64,000 nucleotides of DNA from a virus (IMGVR_UViG_2799112330_000002:282107-346106), one strand, 5' to 3'. Counted from the stretch's first letter, positions 39,753-50,865 are shown. Translations and numbers: made by a program. Notes: generated from the sequence alone by a model not told the origin.

Positions 39753-40928
39753 TTACTTAAATCTTATTGTCCAATCATGTGATCCAATATATTTTTGCGG
39801 TGATTGCCATACATACATATTATCATCAACATTAATGCAACGCCAATTATTTGATCTTATTCCATTAAAGAAAAATTCAATATTGTTATTTAATATGAAT
39901 TCTTTGAATATAACAATATAATCATATGACGGACTATTATTTATAAATGTTACTGTTAACTCATTTTCTTCAATATTTTGTGATGATAATGTTTGTATAA
40001 TTTGTTCTGTATTAGTTGCAATTGTAGATTTAATATCATCAGATATATTAGTATTTCTAAAATTAAATGTATTCAATGTATTCAAACATCCTATCATACT
40101 ACTTGATACTTCTGGGAATGTATAACATACTGTTGGCCATTTCAACAGGTTCTTATATGTATATGAATATATGACTTTATTATTCTTAACAAATTGGAAA
40201 GCCAAATCTTCCATAATTCTATTTTCAGTACTATTAAATCCAAATGATGCAATACCACTATTGGTACTAAATTCAATCATAGGATAAATTTTACTTTCTC
40301 CATCACCTAATGTAATTGTTGTTGTATTATATTTTGGTATAATTCTCAATTCAATGTCATTATTAATTGATGTATTACTTCCACCAGTTATATATGTATA
40401 AGACATGTTAATAAAACATGTATTACTATCTGAATTAGTTAAGTCATACTCAAACATAACATCATCTAAATACTTACATCCTATTGTTGCTTTATTGAAT
40501 TGATAATCATTTACATAGCCATCTATAATATTTCTATTATTAATTGTATGATCAATATTCAACACTGTATATGAAGTAACAAAATTATATTCATTTAGTT
40601 CTTTACTTAATATTATGTTGTCATCATAATTAATGTTTAAGTATTTATCATATATATTATTTATCTCATCATCAAAATAACTAAATACATGATTATATGA
40701 TGATATGACATATGATATATGAGAATAGTCTTCATATGTAGTTGCTCCATAACCTGTTGCTATGAAAGTATCATCAATGAAAAGACTATATGCATCCGGA
40801 AGATTGGGAATGGTATTGTTTGTGTTATCAACAATAGTTATTGCTCCAACAGTTTGAATTAATTCAGGATGTGAATTTGTTATATATGACTGAAAATATG
40901 TTGAATTAGTTATATTAGATAATGGCAT
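39753..40928 (-). CDS. putative virion protein
   Basis: 391 aa in the structural operon. Confidence 0.55.
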   Translation of the reverse strand: MPLSNITNSTYFQSYITNSHPELIQTVGAITIVDNTNNTIPNLPDAYSLFIDDTFIATGYGATTYEDYSHISYVISSYNHVFSYFDDEINNIYDKYLNINYDDNIILSKELNEYNFVTSYTVLNIDHTINNRNIIDGYVNDYQFNKATIGCKYLDDVMFEYDLTNSDSNTCFINMSYTYITGGSNTSINNDIELRIIPKYNTTTITLGDGESKIYPMIEFSTNSGIASFGFNSTENRIMEDLAFQFVKNNKVIYSYTYKNLLKWPTVCYTFPEVSSSMIGCLNTLNTFNFRNTNISDDIKSTIATNTEQIIQTLSSQNIEENELTVTFINNSPSYDYIVIFKEFILNNNIEFFFNGIRSNNWRCINVDDNMYVWQSPQKYIGSHDWTIRFK

Positions 40929-40948
40929 TTTTGATTTCTATTATATTT

Positions 40949-43900
40949 TTATTCATTGTTTTCTGCTGTTGCAACTCTTAGTTTATCAAGATAGTTGTTT
41001 AATGATGAATAGTCAGAATTTACTGATATTTCAATCATATAGTTCTTTGGATCTAGATATAATGAGTCTTTCAAATCAAAGTATAATGATTTCTTTATTG
41101 ATGTTATTGGATCAGTAATATTATTTGTTAAGTTACCAAGACAATATTCAAATACTACAGGTACAGTAAGTTCTTTACCGGGTTCAATAATAACATAATT
41201 TGTTGGAACAACATCTGTATTGTCTATGATTATATTGTTCTTATGCATAATATTTGGATATAAGAATGCACCATTATAATCTATCATTGTATTGTTCAGG
41301 TATTCTTTTCCTTGCTTATTGAATTCTGAGATATTGTCTGTATCTGTCAAGAATATTATGTTTCCTGTCTTCTCTACATAACAGATGTCTTCAAATCTCA
41401 TAAGATATACATTTGTTCCTGGGCTAACATTTGAATAGTTATAGAAGTTAGCCATGTTCTTGTTGTCATATGAATAAGTACCATCATTTGTTATTGAAGT
41501 AGAAACATTATATATTTTGAATTCATTAGTTGTAATATTGAATTCCAATCCATTCCAGATGTTCTTATTATATACTGCCGAACTTGATACACCATGCTCT
41601 TTATATGGATATAGTATCTGGCAGTTATCATTTCTTATATAGTTATTGTAGTTTTGATCCCATATCAATGATGCATTAGAATTAGACTTGTCTTGAATCT
41701 TCTGATTTTCTTCATTAAGATAGATGTCTTGTTTTGTATATGGATTATTCTGACGGAAATAGATCCATTGACCAAGATGCTGTGGAGCCATTGTCTCATT
41801 TATAAGTAATGGTACTCGTTCATAGTTTCCAATTGTTCTATTATAAGCATCTCTATTGTCTTCTAATAATGCTATGTCTGAATTTCCTGGGAATTGTGAA
41901 TATAGTTTGACAGGATATTTACCAGTATTCTTAATGATGATTCTCATATTCTTCTTTACAAAGGAATCGGCAATATTACTGTCATTAATATTTATTCTAT
42001 TGATAGATCCTGAGAACAATTCCAATGTTTCATTATCAAATTCAAGATATACTGAATACTTAGCATTAATTGATTGCTCTATCAGATCTCTATATTTGTC
42101 AATATCATTAGACATAGAAGTAAGTTTGTCTTTCAATGACAATAGATTGTTTTCACTGGTATTGAATCCAGAATAAATATTTTCTGGCATGTGGAAGAAT
42201 ATCTGATTGTTGGCAATCACTTTATTGTTTATATGCTCTGCATAACCATCATTAATCAATGTCTTATTGAATGATGAAACAACTGAATCATCTCTGTTCT
42301 GAGCAAGAATATCAGCAATCTGTCTTAGTTCCTTATATTCTTCTGGGAATTCAAATGTCATTTCTCTAGACCATGGTGTGTAAAGATTGATAAATGGCTG
42401 GCCTACATTATATTTGAATCTTACCTTGATGATCACATCTTCATCTTCATTTATAGGAATGTCTAATTGGTTCCATTTGATAATATTGTCTGAAACATTT
42501 TGTTCTTCCCAAATAATATTCATCTTAGAACCTGATTCATTCAATGTTGTTATTCTTTCTTTGTCTTGAGAATTATATTTGTTCCAGTTTGTGAATGTTA
42601 CATCATTTATTGAAGATAACGATGTAGTATCTGTATATAATGATTTGTATTTATATTGAAGATCTATACCAATGATCTTTACTTCACTTGGTACGTTCAA
42701 TGTAGCAAAATATTCTTCAAGTTGATCTGTTGATAGAATACCACGAATACGGAACTTTAGATCTTCTGTATGCTTCAATACTGATCTTGCATTCAACTGA
42801 TCTACAACATCATTTAATTGTGTTGTTACCTGTGTTCTTTCTGTATAATATTCTTCAAGTTTCTTTTGTACTGATATCTGAGATATTGAGATCTCTTGCG
42901 ACCAGTCAGTATTTGTCAATGTATTATATAAAGTATCTATGTTTGCATTGATTGAAGATAGTTTGTTGTTTAGTTCTCCCTTCTGATTATGCAAGTTTAT
43001 GATCTCTTGAGTTGACTTGTCATCAATGATATGCTTGTTTATAGGGATGACCTTGATGTTTGTTGGATCAATTGTCAAAGATACAAGATCCTGAATGACA
43101 TCTGATGTCTGCAATAGATCTATAGTATTGAATGAATATTCTTGAAGTAATGGGTTTGATATATTACTTAATCCATACAAGATGTCTCCAATGTTCTTTG
43201 CATATTCATTATAGTATGATATGTAGTCAATCTTGTTTCCATTAGAATCATATAATATATTTCCAAATTCATCAGTCATGTTTATATTATTAAGATTGAT
43301 GAATTGAGCATCTGATAGAATACTTCTTACGTTATTATAGATAGTACCAACAAATATTGCAATATATTGATCTTCCTCAAGTGGTATTTGAAGATAGTTA
43401 TATTCAGAAAAATCATTCTCATATATTGTGAAGAACATGTTCTGATTTTCAGCAAATGTTTGAATATGAGCGTGCCCTATGTATTCTTCTATAATGATTT
43501 CATTTGTTGATGGATTGACACTTTTTACAAGATAGATATTATTAGTATTGTTCAATGCAAGATAGTCACCTATCTTAATCTTGAAACGAATGGATGAGTC
43601 TTCTTGGTGCTTGTATTCAATAGTGTCTAATGTTATCTTATAGTTAAGATTCTCTTTATTATTGTCATTAATTTCTGACCATGGGTTTCCTGACAACATT
43701 GTAGGAATGTCCATAATATTGAATTGAGAATTGTATGTCTCTTTTCTTATTGGTAGATCAATAATAGAATCATAATAGTCATAATCATTTCCTCTTACAT
43801 AAGTATAGAGATGTGCTAAAAGTTCATCATTTGTCTTTATATTGGAAGAACTAACAGTATTGAATATAGATGCAGATAAAGTATATTTTCTTACAAACAT

Positions 43901-44341
43901 CTTTTCAATGTTATTTGTAAGATTCTTTATATTCATCTTCAAATAAAGCTTTGGTGTTACAAGATCTTTGAAATAGTTATTGTCTGTATAAGATGCTACT
44001 ATGTCTTTGCTATCAATATTCGGCTTTTGTGGAGCTGAATTTGATTTTATGAGATGGAACTTATACATATTTGATTTGTTCTCAAACCATGCATCTCCAC
44101 TTTTTGGTATATTAATCAAGTTTGTAAGACTATTTTCTATAGTATCTAACTTGTTTTCCAAATAAAGAAAAGATGGTATTGATACAGTACTATGTTCTCC
44201 GTCATTATTTACCATATCAACTACAATTTGTGGTGAACTACTTGACAAACTTTGATTCAATGCAGTTAGCATATTGACACAATTTGTATATAAGTCAAAA
44301 ATCTTTACATAATATTCTTTTATTGTATTGTTAGTTTCCAT
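40949..44341 (-). CDS. large putative structural protein
   Basis: 1130 aa with a central coiled coil; structural operon. Confidence 0.55.
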   Translation of the reverse strand: METNNTIKEYYVKIFDLYTNCVNMLTALNQSLSSSSPQIVVDMVNNDGEHSTVSIPSFLYLENKLDTIENSLTNLINIPKSGDAWFENKSNMYKFHLIKSNSAPQKPNIDSKDIVASYTDNNYFKDLVTPKLYLKMNIKNLTNNIEKMFVRKYTLSASIFNTVSSSNIKTNDELLAHLYTYVRGNDYDYYDSIIDLPIRKETYNSQFNIMDIPTMLSGNPWSEINDNNKENLNYKITLDTIEYKHQEDSSIRFKIKIGDYLALNNTNNIYLVKSVNPSTNEIIIEEYIGHAHIQTFAENQNMFFTIYENDFSEYNYLQIPLEEDQYIAIFVGTIYNNVRSILSDAQFINLNNINMTDEFGNILYDSNGNKIDYISYYNEYAKNIGDILYGLSNISNPLLQEYSFNTIDLLQTSDVIQDLVSLTIDPTNIKVIPINKHIIDDKSTQEIINLHNQKGELNNKLSSINANIDTLYNTLTNTDWSQEISISQISVQKKLEEYYTERTQVTTQLNDVVDQLNARSVLKHTEDLKFRIRGILSTDQLEEYFATLNVPSEVKIIGIDLQYKYKSLYTDTTSLSSINDVTFTNWNKYNSQDKERITTLNESGSKMNIIWEEQNVSDNIIKWNQLDIPINEDEDVIIKVRFKYNVGQPFINLYTPWSREMTFEFPEEYKELRQIADILAQNRDDSVVSSFNKTLINDGYAEHINNKVIANNQIFFHMPENIYSGFNTSENNLLSLKDKLTSMSNDIDKYRDLIEQSINAKYSVYLEFDNETLELFSGSINRININDSNIADSFVKKNMRIIIKNTGKYPVKLYSQFPGNSDIALLEDNRDAYNRTIGNYERVPLLINETMAPQHLGQWIYFRQNNPYTKQDIYLNEENQKIQDKSNSNASLIWDQNYNNYIRNDNCQILYPYKEHGVSSSAVYNKNIWNGLEFNITTNEFKIYNVSTSITNDGTYSYDNKNMANFYNYSNVSPGTNVYLMRFEDICYVEKTGNIIFLTDTDNISEFNKQGKEYLNNTMIDYNGAFLYPNIMHKNNIIIDNTDVVPTNYVIIEPGKELTVPVVFEYCLGNLTNNITDPITSIKKSLYFDLKDSLYLDPKNYMIEISVNSDYSSLNNYLDKLRVATAENNE

Positions 44342-44352
44342 TATATGATGAT

Positions 44353-45729
44353 TTAACTATTTTTTATTTTCCATTTTATTCTAGATTGATCTAAGAACTC
44401 TTCCAGTTCATCTATTCTAGTTTTCAATTCATTATATCTATTGTCTATCTTACTATCTAGATCTGAAGTCTTACTCCATAACTCATCTATGTTTTGGATT
44501 GTACCCATGTTATTGATAGTGTTTTCAAGACGAATGATCTTACTTTGTAATGATATTATAAGCTCATTATATTTATTAAGCATGTCTACATATTTTGTCT
44601 GTTTTGACAATATTTCTGCAAAAGTTATATAGGCATCTTTTATTGCATCTGGGCTATATTCATCATTTTGAATCTTAAGTGAATAAGGGAATGGTTTGAA
44701 CTGTGTGCTTATAAGTAATGACCAGTTTGACGAATATTTTCCAGTTTCTTCAGATTCAAGTGTAATAGTATTGTCAGAGAAATATATTCCCAATGGTATG
44801 TTCTTTTGAGTATATCCCTTGTCTAATTGCTCTGAAGTATCATTCAAAACAATTGTTGATGATGTTTCATTATTAGATTCATCTATATCATTTGTTATTA
44901 TATTATTGATTTCAAGTGAATCAAAAAGAGGAATAATTACATTGAATTTTATACTATCATGATTAGCAGATATTGTAATTCCTGTAATACTACTTTGTGT
45001 ATTGTATATTTTATCTGTATTATTGTCCCATACAGGAGGAATATTTACATAGTCATTAATAGCAGTATTTGCGGTCAATTCATCAATATTCCATCCATAA
45101 AGACAAGTATTTGAATAATCATCACCATTAGCATCTTTATACTCATACATATCATGTCTATCTTGATCTGATATTGTATTAATAGTGAATTTTGGCTTTA
45201 CTCGCTTTGATGGAGATATAGTACAAATAATATCAGCAAATGTACCATTATAGTCATATTCAACAACATCTCCCAAATGAGGGAAATCAATGATCTCTTG
45301 ATAATTAGTTACTAAATCAGTAGTAAAATTTGATTCTAATGTATTAATATCAGTAATATTAGTATTATTAATTGATTCAATTCCTGCCTTGTTAAAAGCA
45401 TAATGATATAATAGCATTATAAGATAACTTAATGGATGACGTAGTTCTATATCTCCATTCTTTGGTAAGTTGTCTCTTAAGAATGCTAATTTGTTTTCAT
45501 AATAAGCTGATAGATAGTTTTTTATAAGATCTGCCTTATTTGCATTATATTCATCAGTTGTAACTTTATCTTTATCTAATGCTTGAAGATATACACATAA
45601 GAATCTTGATGGAAACAGTTTTTGATTGATTGCTAATATGTCTCCAGTTAAAGCTTCTGTATAGTTATCAAAAGTCAAAAAATGTGAATCACTATTCTGT
45701 TCATAGAAAATATTTGTCTTTCTCTTCAT
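44353..45729 (-). CDS. putative structural protein with C-terminal coiled coil
   Basis: 458 aa, first gene of the - strand structural operon; motif B at 45769-45779. Confidence 0.55.
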   Translation of the reverse strand: MKRKTNIFYEQNSDSHFLTFDNYTEALTGDILAINQKLFPSRFLCVYLQALDKDKVTTDEYNANKADLIKNYLSAYYENKLAFLRDNLPKNGDIELRHPLSYLIMLLYHYAFNKAGIESINNTNITDINTLESNFTTDLVTNYQEIIDFPHLGDVVEYDYNGTFADIICTISPSKRVKPKFTINTISDQDRHDMYEYKDANGDDYSNTCLYGWNIDELTANTAINDYVNIPPVWDNNTDKIYNTQSSITGITISANHDSIKFNVIIPLFDSLEINNIITNDIDESNNETSSTIVLNDTSEQLDKGYTQKNIPLGIYFSDNTITLESEETGKYSSNWSLLISTQFKPFPYSLKIQNDEYSPDAIKDAYITFAEILSKQTKYVDMLNKYNELIISLQSKIIRLENTINNMGTIQNIDELWSKTSDLDSKIDNRYNELKTRIDELEEFLDQSRIKWKIKNS

Positions 45730-45969
45730 GGTATAATATAATATTATAATCTATACTTATTTTTTATAATTAAAAATAATAATGATGATTAACTTTGTTG
45801 TTCTTTTGATTGAAAAATTTCATCGTTAAAACTATTTTCTAATCATAATAATTTATCTTAAAAATTATATATATGAAACAAATTAATTCTTTTTAACATT
45901 TATTGAATTGAATATTAATATTAGCTATGTCTATTTTATATATTATAAGAAAATATATTATCTATAGAT

Positions 45970-46707
45970 ATGAATAATTTTGTAATTTTTGACTTAGAAA
46001 CAACCGGACTTGATAGAGAAAAGGATCAGATCATTCAATTTGCTGGTATTAAGATTAATAAAGCTACAAATAAGATTATTGATCAAAAGAACATATATAT
46101 ACAGCCAATTGGTGATTATCATATTCCATATCAGTCTTTCTTTAAGCATAGAATAACAGCAAAGATGTTGAATGACAAACCACATTTCAAGGATGTCGCT
46201 AAAGAGATCTTTGAATTCTTTGCAGATTCAGATATCATCACTTATAATGGGACATCATTTGACATACCTTTTTTAGTAAATGAGTTCAAGAAATGTGGTA
46301 TGACTTTTTCAGTTCTTAATATAGATTGTTATGATGCATTTTTGGAAGAGAAAAGACGAAATGGAAATACATTGGAAGATACATATAGAAGATATAAGGG
46401 AAAATCAATGGAGGAAGCTGGTCTAACTGCTCATGATGCATTGTCAGATGTTAAAGCAACATATTCAGTATTTGTGGCTCAGCAACGAAATAACTCATAT
46501 AATCCTGAACAGATCTTTGGAGAAGACAATGTCATATCAATGCAAGAATTCAATAATGAACTTTGCCCATGCTTTAATGTTGGTAAATATAAGAATCTTA
46601 GTATTGGATTTGTACAGACTATAGATAAGAACTATCTTAACTGGGCAATATCTGATAATTGTAATTTTTCGAAATCAACAAAGAACTTTATAAAGAAATA
46701 CATTTAA
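45970..46707 (+). CDS. DnaQ/DNA polymerase III epsilon-like 3'-5' exonuclease (DEDDh)
   Basis: FDLETTG (ExoI), YNGTSFDIPFL (ExoII), AHDALSD (ExoIII); C-terminal GKY...YLNW segment. Confidence 0.92.
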   Translation: MNNFVIFDLETTGLDREKDQIIQFAGIKINKATNKIIDQKNIYIQPIGDYHIPYQSFFKHRITAKMLNDKPHFKDVAKEIFEFFADSDIITYNGTSFDIPFLVNEFKKCGMTFSVLNIDCYDAFLEEKRRNGNTLEDTYRRYKGKSMEEAGLTAHDALSDVKATYSVFVAQQRNNSYNPEQIFGEDNVISMQEFNNELCPCFNVGKYKNLSIGFVQTIDKNYLNWAISDNCNFSKSTKNFIKKYI

Positions 46708-46740
46708 TTATATATATAATCACATTTAATTATTAAATAT

Positions 46741-47157
46741 ATGAGAAAATATTTATTTACATTTTTATTGATGTTTACAATGTTGTTTGGAACATCTATT
46801 GAGTCAAATGCACAGACTTATACTTATAGGTCATTTCAGTTTTCTTATAAGCAGTTGTTAGATAATGGCCATTGGACTAATTGGTCAAAATGGGAGGATT
46901 CAAATCTTCTTATTACTATCAATTATGATGATGACGTTATCAATATCTATTCGCAAATGCCTCAGAAGTATGTTATTGTTAGTCATTCAGACAGTTATAC
47001 TGATGAATCTGGTGGCCGTCAGGTAAGATTCAATTTCATAGACCAAGACGGTGATAAAGGAACAATTAGGTTTAGAATTGAAAAGAACGGAAATTCTCAG
47101 CTTTATATTGATTTTGCAGATATCATGTGGGTTTATAATGTAAGAAAGATTGAGTAG
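46741..47157 (+). CDS. secreted/periplasmic protein
   Basis: Sec signal MRKYLFTFLLMFTMLFG...SNA followed by Gln. Confidence 0.75.
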   Translation: MRKYLFTFLLMFTMLFGTSIESNAQTYTYRSFQFSYKQLLDNGHWTNWSKWEDSNLLITINYDDDVINIYSQMPQKYVIVSHSDSYTDESGGRQVRFNFIDQDGDKGTIRFRIEKNGNSQLYIDFADIMWVYNVRKIE

Positions 47158-47185
47158 TAATATGCAAAGATAAAATTATATTGAG

Positions 47186-47215
47186 TTTAACATTTTAAAA
47201 GATTAGAATTATGAA
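47186..47215 (+). repeat. 30-bp leader repeat, identical to 48845-48874
   Basis: TTTAACATTTTAAAAGATTAGAATTATGAA, containing the start codon. Confidence 0.9.
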
Positions 47216-47399
47216 GGATTTTTTTGTTACAGTATTACTTAAAGTTTTAGTTGATTTGATCCCTGGTTTGTTGTTTACATTTGCAACAATTGCCACTATG
47301 AATATAAATATTGTAGTTGGAATATTTATGTATATTATTGCTTATTCAGGTCTTAATCTACATACATATCTTATCAACAAATATGATTTGAACAAATAA
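47211..47399 (+). CDS. small membrane protein
   Basis: hydrophobic, two TM-like segments. Confidence 0.65.
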   Translation: MKDFFVTVLLKVLVDLIPGLLFTFATIATMNINIVVGIFMYIIAYSGLNLHTYLINKYDLNK

Positions 47400-47413
47400 T
47401 TATTATAAAGACA

Positions 47414-47806
47414 ATGGAAATAACGATTAATATTGAAAATGATAGCAAGTTCAATGAAGTACTATCTAAAGAACTTGATGCTTTTACAAAAGAAGAACTA
47501 CATAAGATATGTCAGACAGCTCTTTTAAAATATATGAGTGATCCTGAACGGTTTGATTATCTATTTGTAAATAAAACTTATGGGTATGCACGTCCAACTC
47601 CATTATTGGAAGAAGCTGCAAGAAAGATAGATTTCCAACCATTATATAAAGACATTCAAGAAAAGATCATTAAATATATTGGTGAAAACTATCAAGATAT
47701 TGTTAAAGACATAATCAAGGATATGTTCATTAGAGGATTTGAGAATTCAATTGTATATAGCGCAGATTTTGCATATAAGATAAAAGATAGATTACATGAG
47801 CTATAA
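47414..47806 (+). CDS. hypothetical protein
   Basis: 130 aa ORF. Confidence 0.7.
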   Translation: MEITINIENDSKFNEVLSKELDAFTKEELHKICQTALLKYMSDPERFDYLFVNKTYGYARPTPLLEEAARKIDFQPLYKDIQEKIIKYIGENYQDIVKDIIKDMFIRGFENSIVYSADFAYKIKDRLHEL

Positions 47807-48014
47807 TATGGAGAAAAATAGAACACTTTATTTTTGGCTAACAGTTGGTAGTATGATAAATCTTTCTGCATATTTCATACTAATGTTGATCATACCAGTA
47901 AAAGAACAGATCATATTTAAGAAAGAATATTGTCTATTCATGATACCTTTATTGCTCTATTCTATATTTCAATTTATAATTAACTATGTTAAGGTAACTG
48001 AAGAAGATGATTGA
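47796..48014 (+). CDS. small membrane protein
   Basis: two hydrophobic segments. Confidence 0.6.
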   Translation: MSYNMEKNRTLYFWLTVGSMINLSAYFILMLIIPVKEQIIFKKEYCLFMIPLLLYSIFQFIINYVKVTEEDD

Positions 48015-48029
48015 TATTAATAAGAAAAT

Positions 48030-48284
48030 TTGAATAGTTTAATTTGTGATGCCATTATGAAAAAATATAGAATTATTAAAGAGATACGGGATAAAGAAGT
48101 ATATTTCATGCCTCAAAAGAAGACCTTATTTAGGTGGAAATATCTTAAGGGTTATACTTCAATAGAGTTTAGTTTTTCATATCCGCTTCGTTTTGACACT
48201 TATGATAAAGCTCTTGAATGCATTATGAATGATGAAGATGTTAAAATTACATTTATAAAAGGTGATAGAATTCTAATAGTATGA
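48030..48284 (+). CDS. hypothetical protein (likely start ATG 48057)
   Basis: KYRII...FMPQKK.LF.WKY pattern. Confidence 0.6.
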   Translation: MNSLICDAIMKKYRIIKEIRDKEVYFMPQKKTLFRWKYLKGYTSIEFSFSYPLRFDTYDKALECIMNDEDVKITFIKGDRILIV

Positions 48285-48460
48285 AAGTAATAAAAGAACC
48301 ACAGAAACCTAAAGTTAATTGGACTAAGCAAATAGTATGTCCAATGTGTGGAGCTACTCTTGAATATACAAATTTAGATATACAGAGGAGGCAGCTTAGA
48401 TATAATGAATTAGAAAATACTATAACATGTGGGTATTGTCATAAATGGTTTTGTGTATGA
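48281..48460 (+). CDS. zinc-ribbon protein (59 aa, absent from the ORF track)
   Basis: hand translation MKVIKEP...CPMCGATLEY...ITCGYC; same pattern as 2410..2604. Confidence 0.75.
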   Translation: MKVIKEPQKPKVNWTKQIVCPMCGATLEYTNLDIQRRQLRYNELENTITCGYCHKWFCV

Positions 48461-48828
48461 TGAATATATTTAGAAAGATACGAGATGCATTAGTAAATTA
48501 TTTTTCTAATATTGGTAAAGAGCTAAAAGAATATTTTAAAAATAATTTGGGAGAAACTCTATTTGGAATTGGATGTTTTGTCTTTTTCATTCTGTTTTTT
48601 ATAATACCTAAAATAATGACAATAGTATTAGTTACATTATTTTTTATTGGTATGTTATTTTTTATATCATTATTATGGTGGTATAATTTACAAATAACAC
48701 TAAATGAAACGAAATATCCATATCTTGCAACAACATTATATATATTTATTTGGTTATTATGTGCTATAGTTGCTATATATTGTATAATTTTAATAGATAA
48801 GGCAGTGTATTTAGATAAAGGAATTTGA
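48457..48828 (+). CDS. membrane protein
   Basis: three hydrophobic segments. Confidence 0.65.
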   Translation: MMNIFRKIRDALVNYFSNIGKELKEYFKNNLGETLFGIGCFVFFILFFIIPKIMTIVLVTLFFIGMLFFISLLWWYNLQITLNETKYPYLATTLYIFIWLLCAIVAIYCIILIDKAVYLDKGI

Positions 48829-48869
48829 TTATGAAAATAGTTTTTTTAACATTTTAAAAGATTAGAATT

Positions 48870-49112
48870 ATGAAAAATTTAAAAACTTTTTTATTAGGTA
48901 TGTTTTTTTGTTTTGGTATGTTAATGCTACAAAGCTCAATTAATGGTGGAATATATGATCATCAACAGCCAATGACTCAAACAGTAACTATCAAATATTT
49001 ATATGGGGAGAATGGAGCAAAGTATAGTTTGATAATTACAGAATCAACAGATCATAATAAATGTGTTTCTGTTCATACACAACTTGTAACAGGAACCCTT
49101 CATAAAAAATAA
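48870..49112 (+). CDS. small exported protein
   Basis: signal-like N-terminus; preceded by the 30-bp leader repeat. Confidence 0.6.
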   Translation: MKNLKTFLLGMFFCFGMLMLQSSINGGIYDHQQPMTQTVTIKYLYGENGAKYSLIITESTDHNKCVSVHTQLVTGTLHKK

Positions 49113-49144
49113 AATTAATTAAAAATTCTAAAATAAAAAAAATC

Positions 49145-49573
49145 ATGATAGACATCAATAAGAAAATTATGGAAGCTATGAAAGCCCATGATAAGGTAGC
49201 ATCAGAAACATATAAGCTGCTTAAGGCAAAGATTCTTGAGTTCAAGACAGCAAAGAATGCAAGAGAGTATAATGATGCTGAGGAGATCAATTTGATCAAT
49301 AAGATGATTGCTGATAGAAACAATTCTGCAGATATCTATAAGCAGAACAACCGGCAAGACTTGGCAGATGCAGAATATGCTCAAGCTAAGGTGCTTCAAG
49401 AACTCTTGCCAGCATTGCCTACACAAGAGGATATTGTCAACTATCTTAATGAGAACTACTCAGATGGTATTGAGAAGAAAATGATGGGTGTTGTTATTAA
49501 AGAAGTTAAAGAAAAGCTTCTTGGAGCAGATGGTAAGACTGTTGCTGATTGTGTAAAGAACATTCTAAAATAA
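49145..49573 (+). CDS. yqeY: GatB/YqeY domain protein
   Basis: IMEAMKAHD....YKLLKA...RNNSADIYKQNNRQDLADAE...LLP. Confidence 0.9.
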   Translation: MIDINKKIMEAMKAHDKVASETYKLLKAKILEFKTAKNAREYNDAEEINLINKMIADRNNSADIYKQNNRQDLADAEYAQAKVLQELLPALPTQEDIVNYLNENYSDGIEKKMMGVVIKEVKEKLLGADGKTVADCVKNILK

Positions 49574-49579
49574 AGATCT

Positions 49580-49846
49580 ATGATTACAGAAATAGAAGAT
49601 ATTCAAGGAAAATCACTTAATGTTGGTGATCATGTTGCATGGGGAGAAACTACTAGTACTTCTAATGCTGTAATTTGTCATGGTGAAATAGTTAGTATTA
49701 TTAAAAAGCCTTTTCAAACTCATATAAAAGTAAAAATTATAAAAGAAGGAGGATATGCTCTCCTTAAAGGAGGATATTGGTCAGCAATTGATCAGATAAG
49801 AACATTTATATATCCACGAAATTATCATAATCTAATAAAACTTTAA
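49580..49846 (+). CDS. hypothetical protein
   Basis: DIQGKSLNVGDHVA SH3-like pattern. Confidence 0.65.
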   Translation: MITEIEDIQGKSLNVGDHVAWGETTSTSNAVICHGEIVSIIKKPFQTHIKVKIIKEGGYALLKGGYWSAIDQIRTFIYPRNYHNLIKL

Positions 49847-50031
49847 TAATATGAAAGATAAGATTAAGACTCATGTAACAGCTATTATGTTGTTTATTGT
49901 ATTATTGGGATGTTTAGGTTCTCTATACTTTTTACTTAGTAATTAACTTTTATTAACAGATATATCTTTATATTATTGAAAATCTGTTCTATATTATAAT
50001 ATAATTATATATAAACTTAAATTTTACAACT

Positions 50032-50862
50032 ATGTTAGAAAGAGAAGATGTTTTGATTCAAGCAATGGAAGATTGCTACCGTGAAATGTTTGCTAAGGCT
50101 CAGCCTGAAGCAGATTGGGACAACCTTATTCAAGAATATAAAGATGGTAAGATTGATGAAAAGAAAGATGGCCCAGTATATGATCGTCATTATCTTTCAC
50201 AAGATGAGTATACTTATATATTGAATAAGTATTTGGATGCTTATCGTATCAAGTCTGAATGGAGAGAAGATATTGAGATATTGGAAGAGTATCTTACAAA
50301 GGGTGGTTCAAAGGATAAATATTTTGAATCATATGAAGATGAAAATGGCTATCATCCTGCTTATCGTGGCTATGAAAAAGTTGCTCCTTTGAAGAATCAT
50401 ATCAAGGATATTGTTGCTCCTTATTATGTAGGTTATGAGAAGACTCAGAATGAGATTGCTCAGAAGGTTACTGATAAGGTGATGGAACTTATTTCTACTT
50501 GCAAGAACTTCTATTCATTCAATCGTGATGAGATGAAATTCAGAAATACTTTGGCTATGGGTGCATCTCCTACATCAAGCGCTGAGACCGTTAAGAAGTG
50601 GTGGAAAGATCATTATGATGTGGACATTGAGATTGAAGAGAGAAATCCATTGCTTTTCTGGGAGTATGATTACTATGGAGATGAAATCGATGAAGTCATG
50701 ACAAGTGAGTATGGGGAGAACTGGAAAGAAGTATTTGATAAGAAATGGGAAGAGCAGAAGGCTAAAAAACAAGCAGAACTTGAAGAATTAAGAAAGAAAT
50801 TTGATGCTCTTAAGTCTGATGTTATAGTTGATAAAGCAGATAAAAAGGATGTAGAAGAATGA
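50032..50862 (+). CDS. hypothetical protein
   Basis: 276 aa acidic protein. Confidence 0.8.
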   Translation: MLEREDVLIQAMEDCYREMFAKAQPEADWDNLIQEYKDGKIDEKKDGPVYDRHYLSQDEYTYILNKYLDAYRIKSEWREDIEILEEYLTKGGSKDKYFESYEDENGYHPAYRGYEKVAPLKNHIKDIVAPYYVGYEKTQNEIAQKVTDKVMELISTCKNFYSFNRDEMKFRNTLAMGASPTSSAETVKKWWKDHYDVDIEIEERNPLLFWEYDYYGDEIDEVMTSEYGENWKEVFDKKWEEQKAKKQAELEELRKKFDALKSDVIVDKADKKDVEE

Positions 50863-50865
50863 TTT

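Noticed and set aside
18240-44632. Short opposite-strand ORFs nested in the large structural genes (e.g. 18240, 22575, 29156, 31524, 41856, 44441)
   Set aside because: They are low-complexity antisense frames of AT-rich genes with no recognisable motifs or expression signals.
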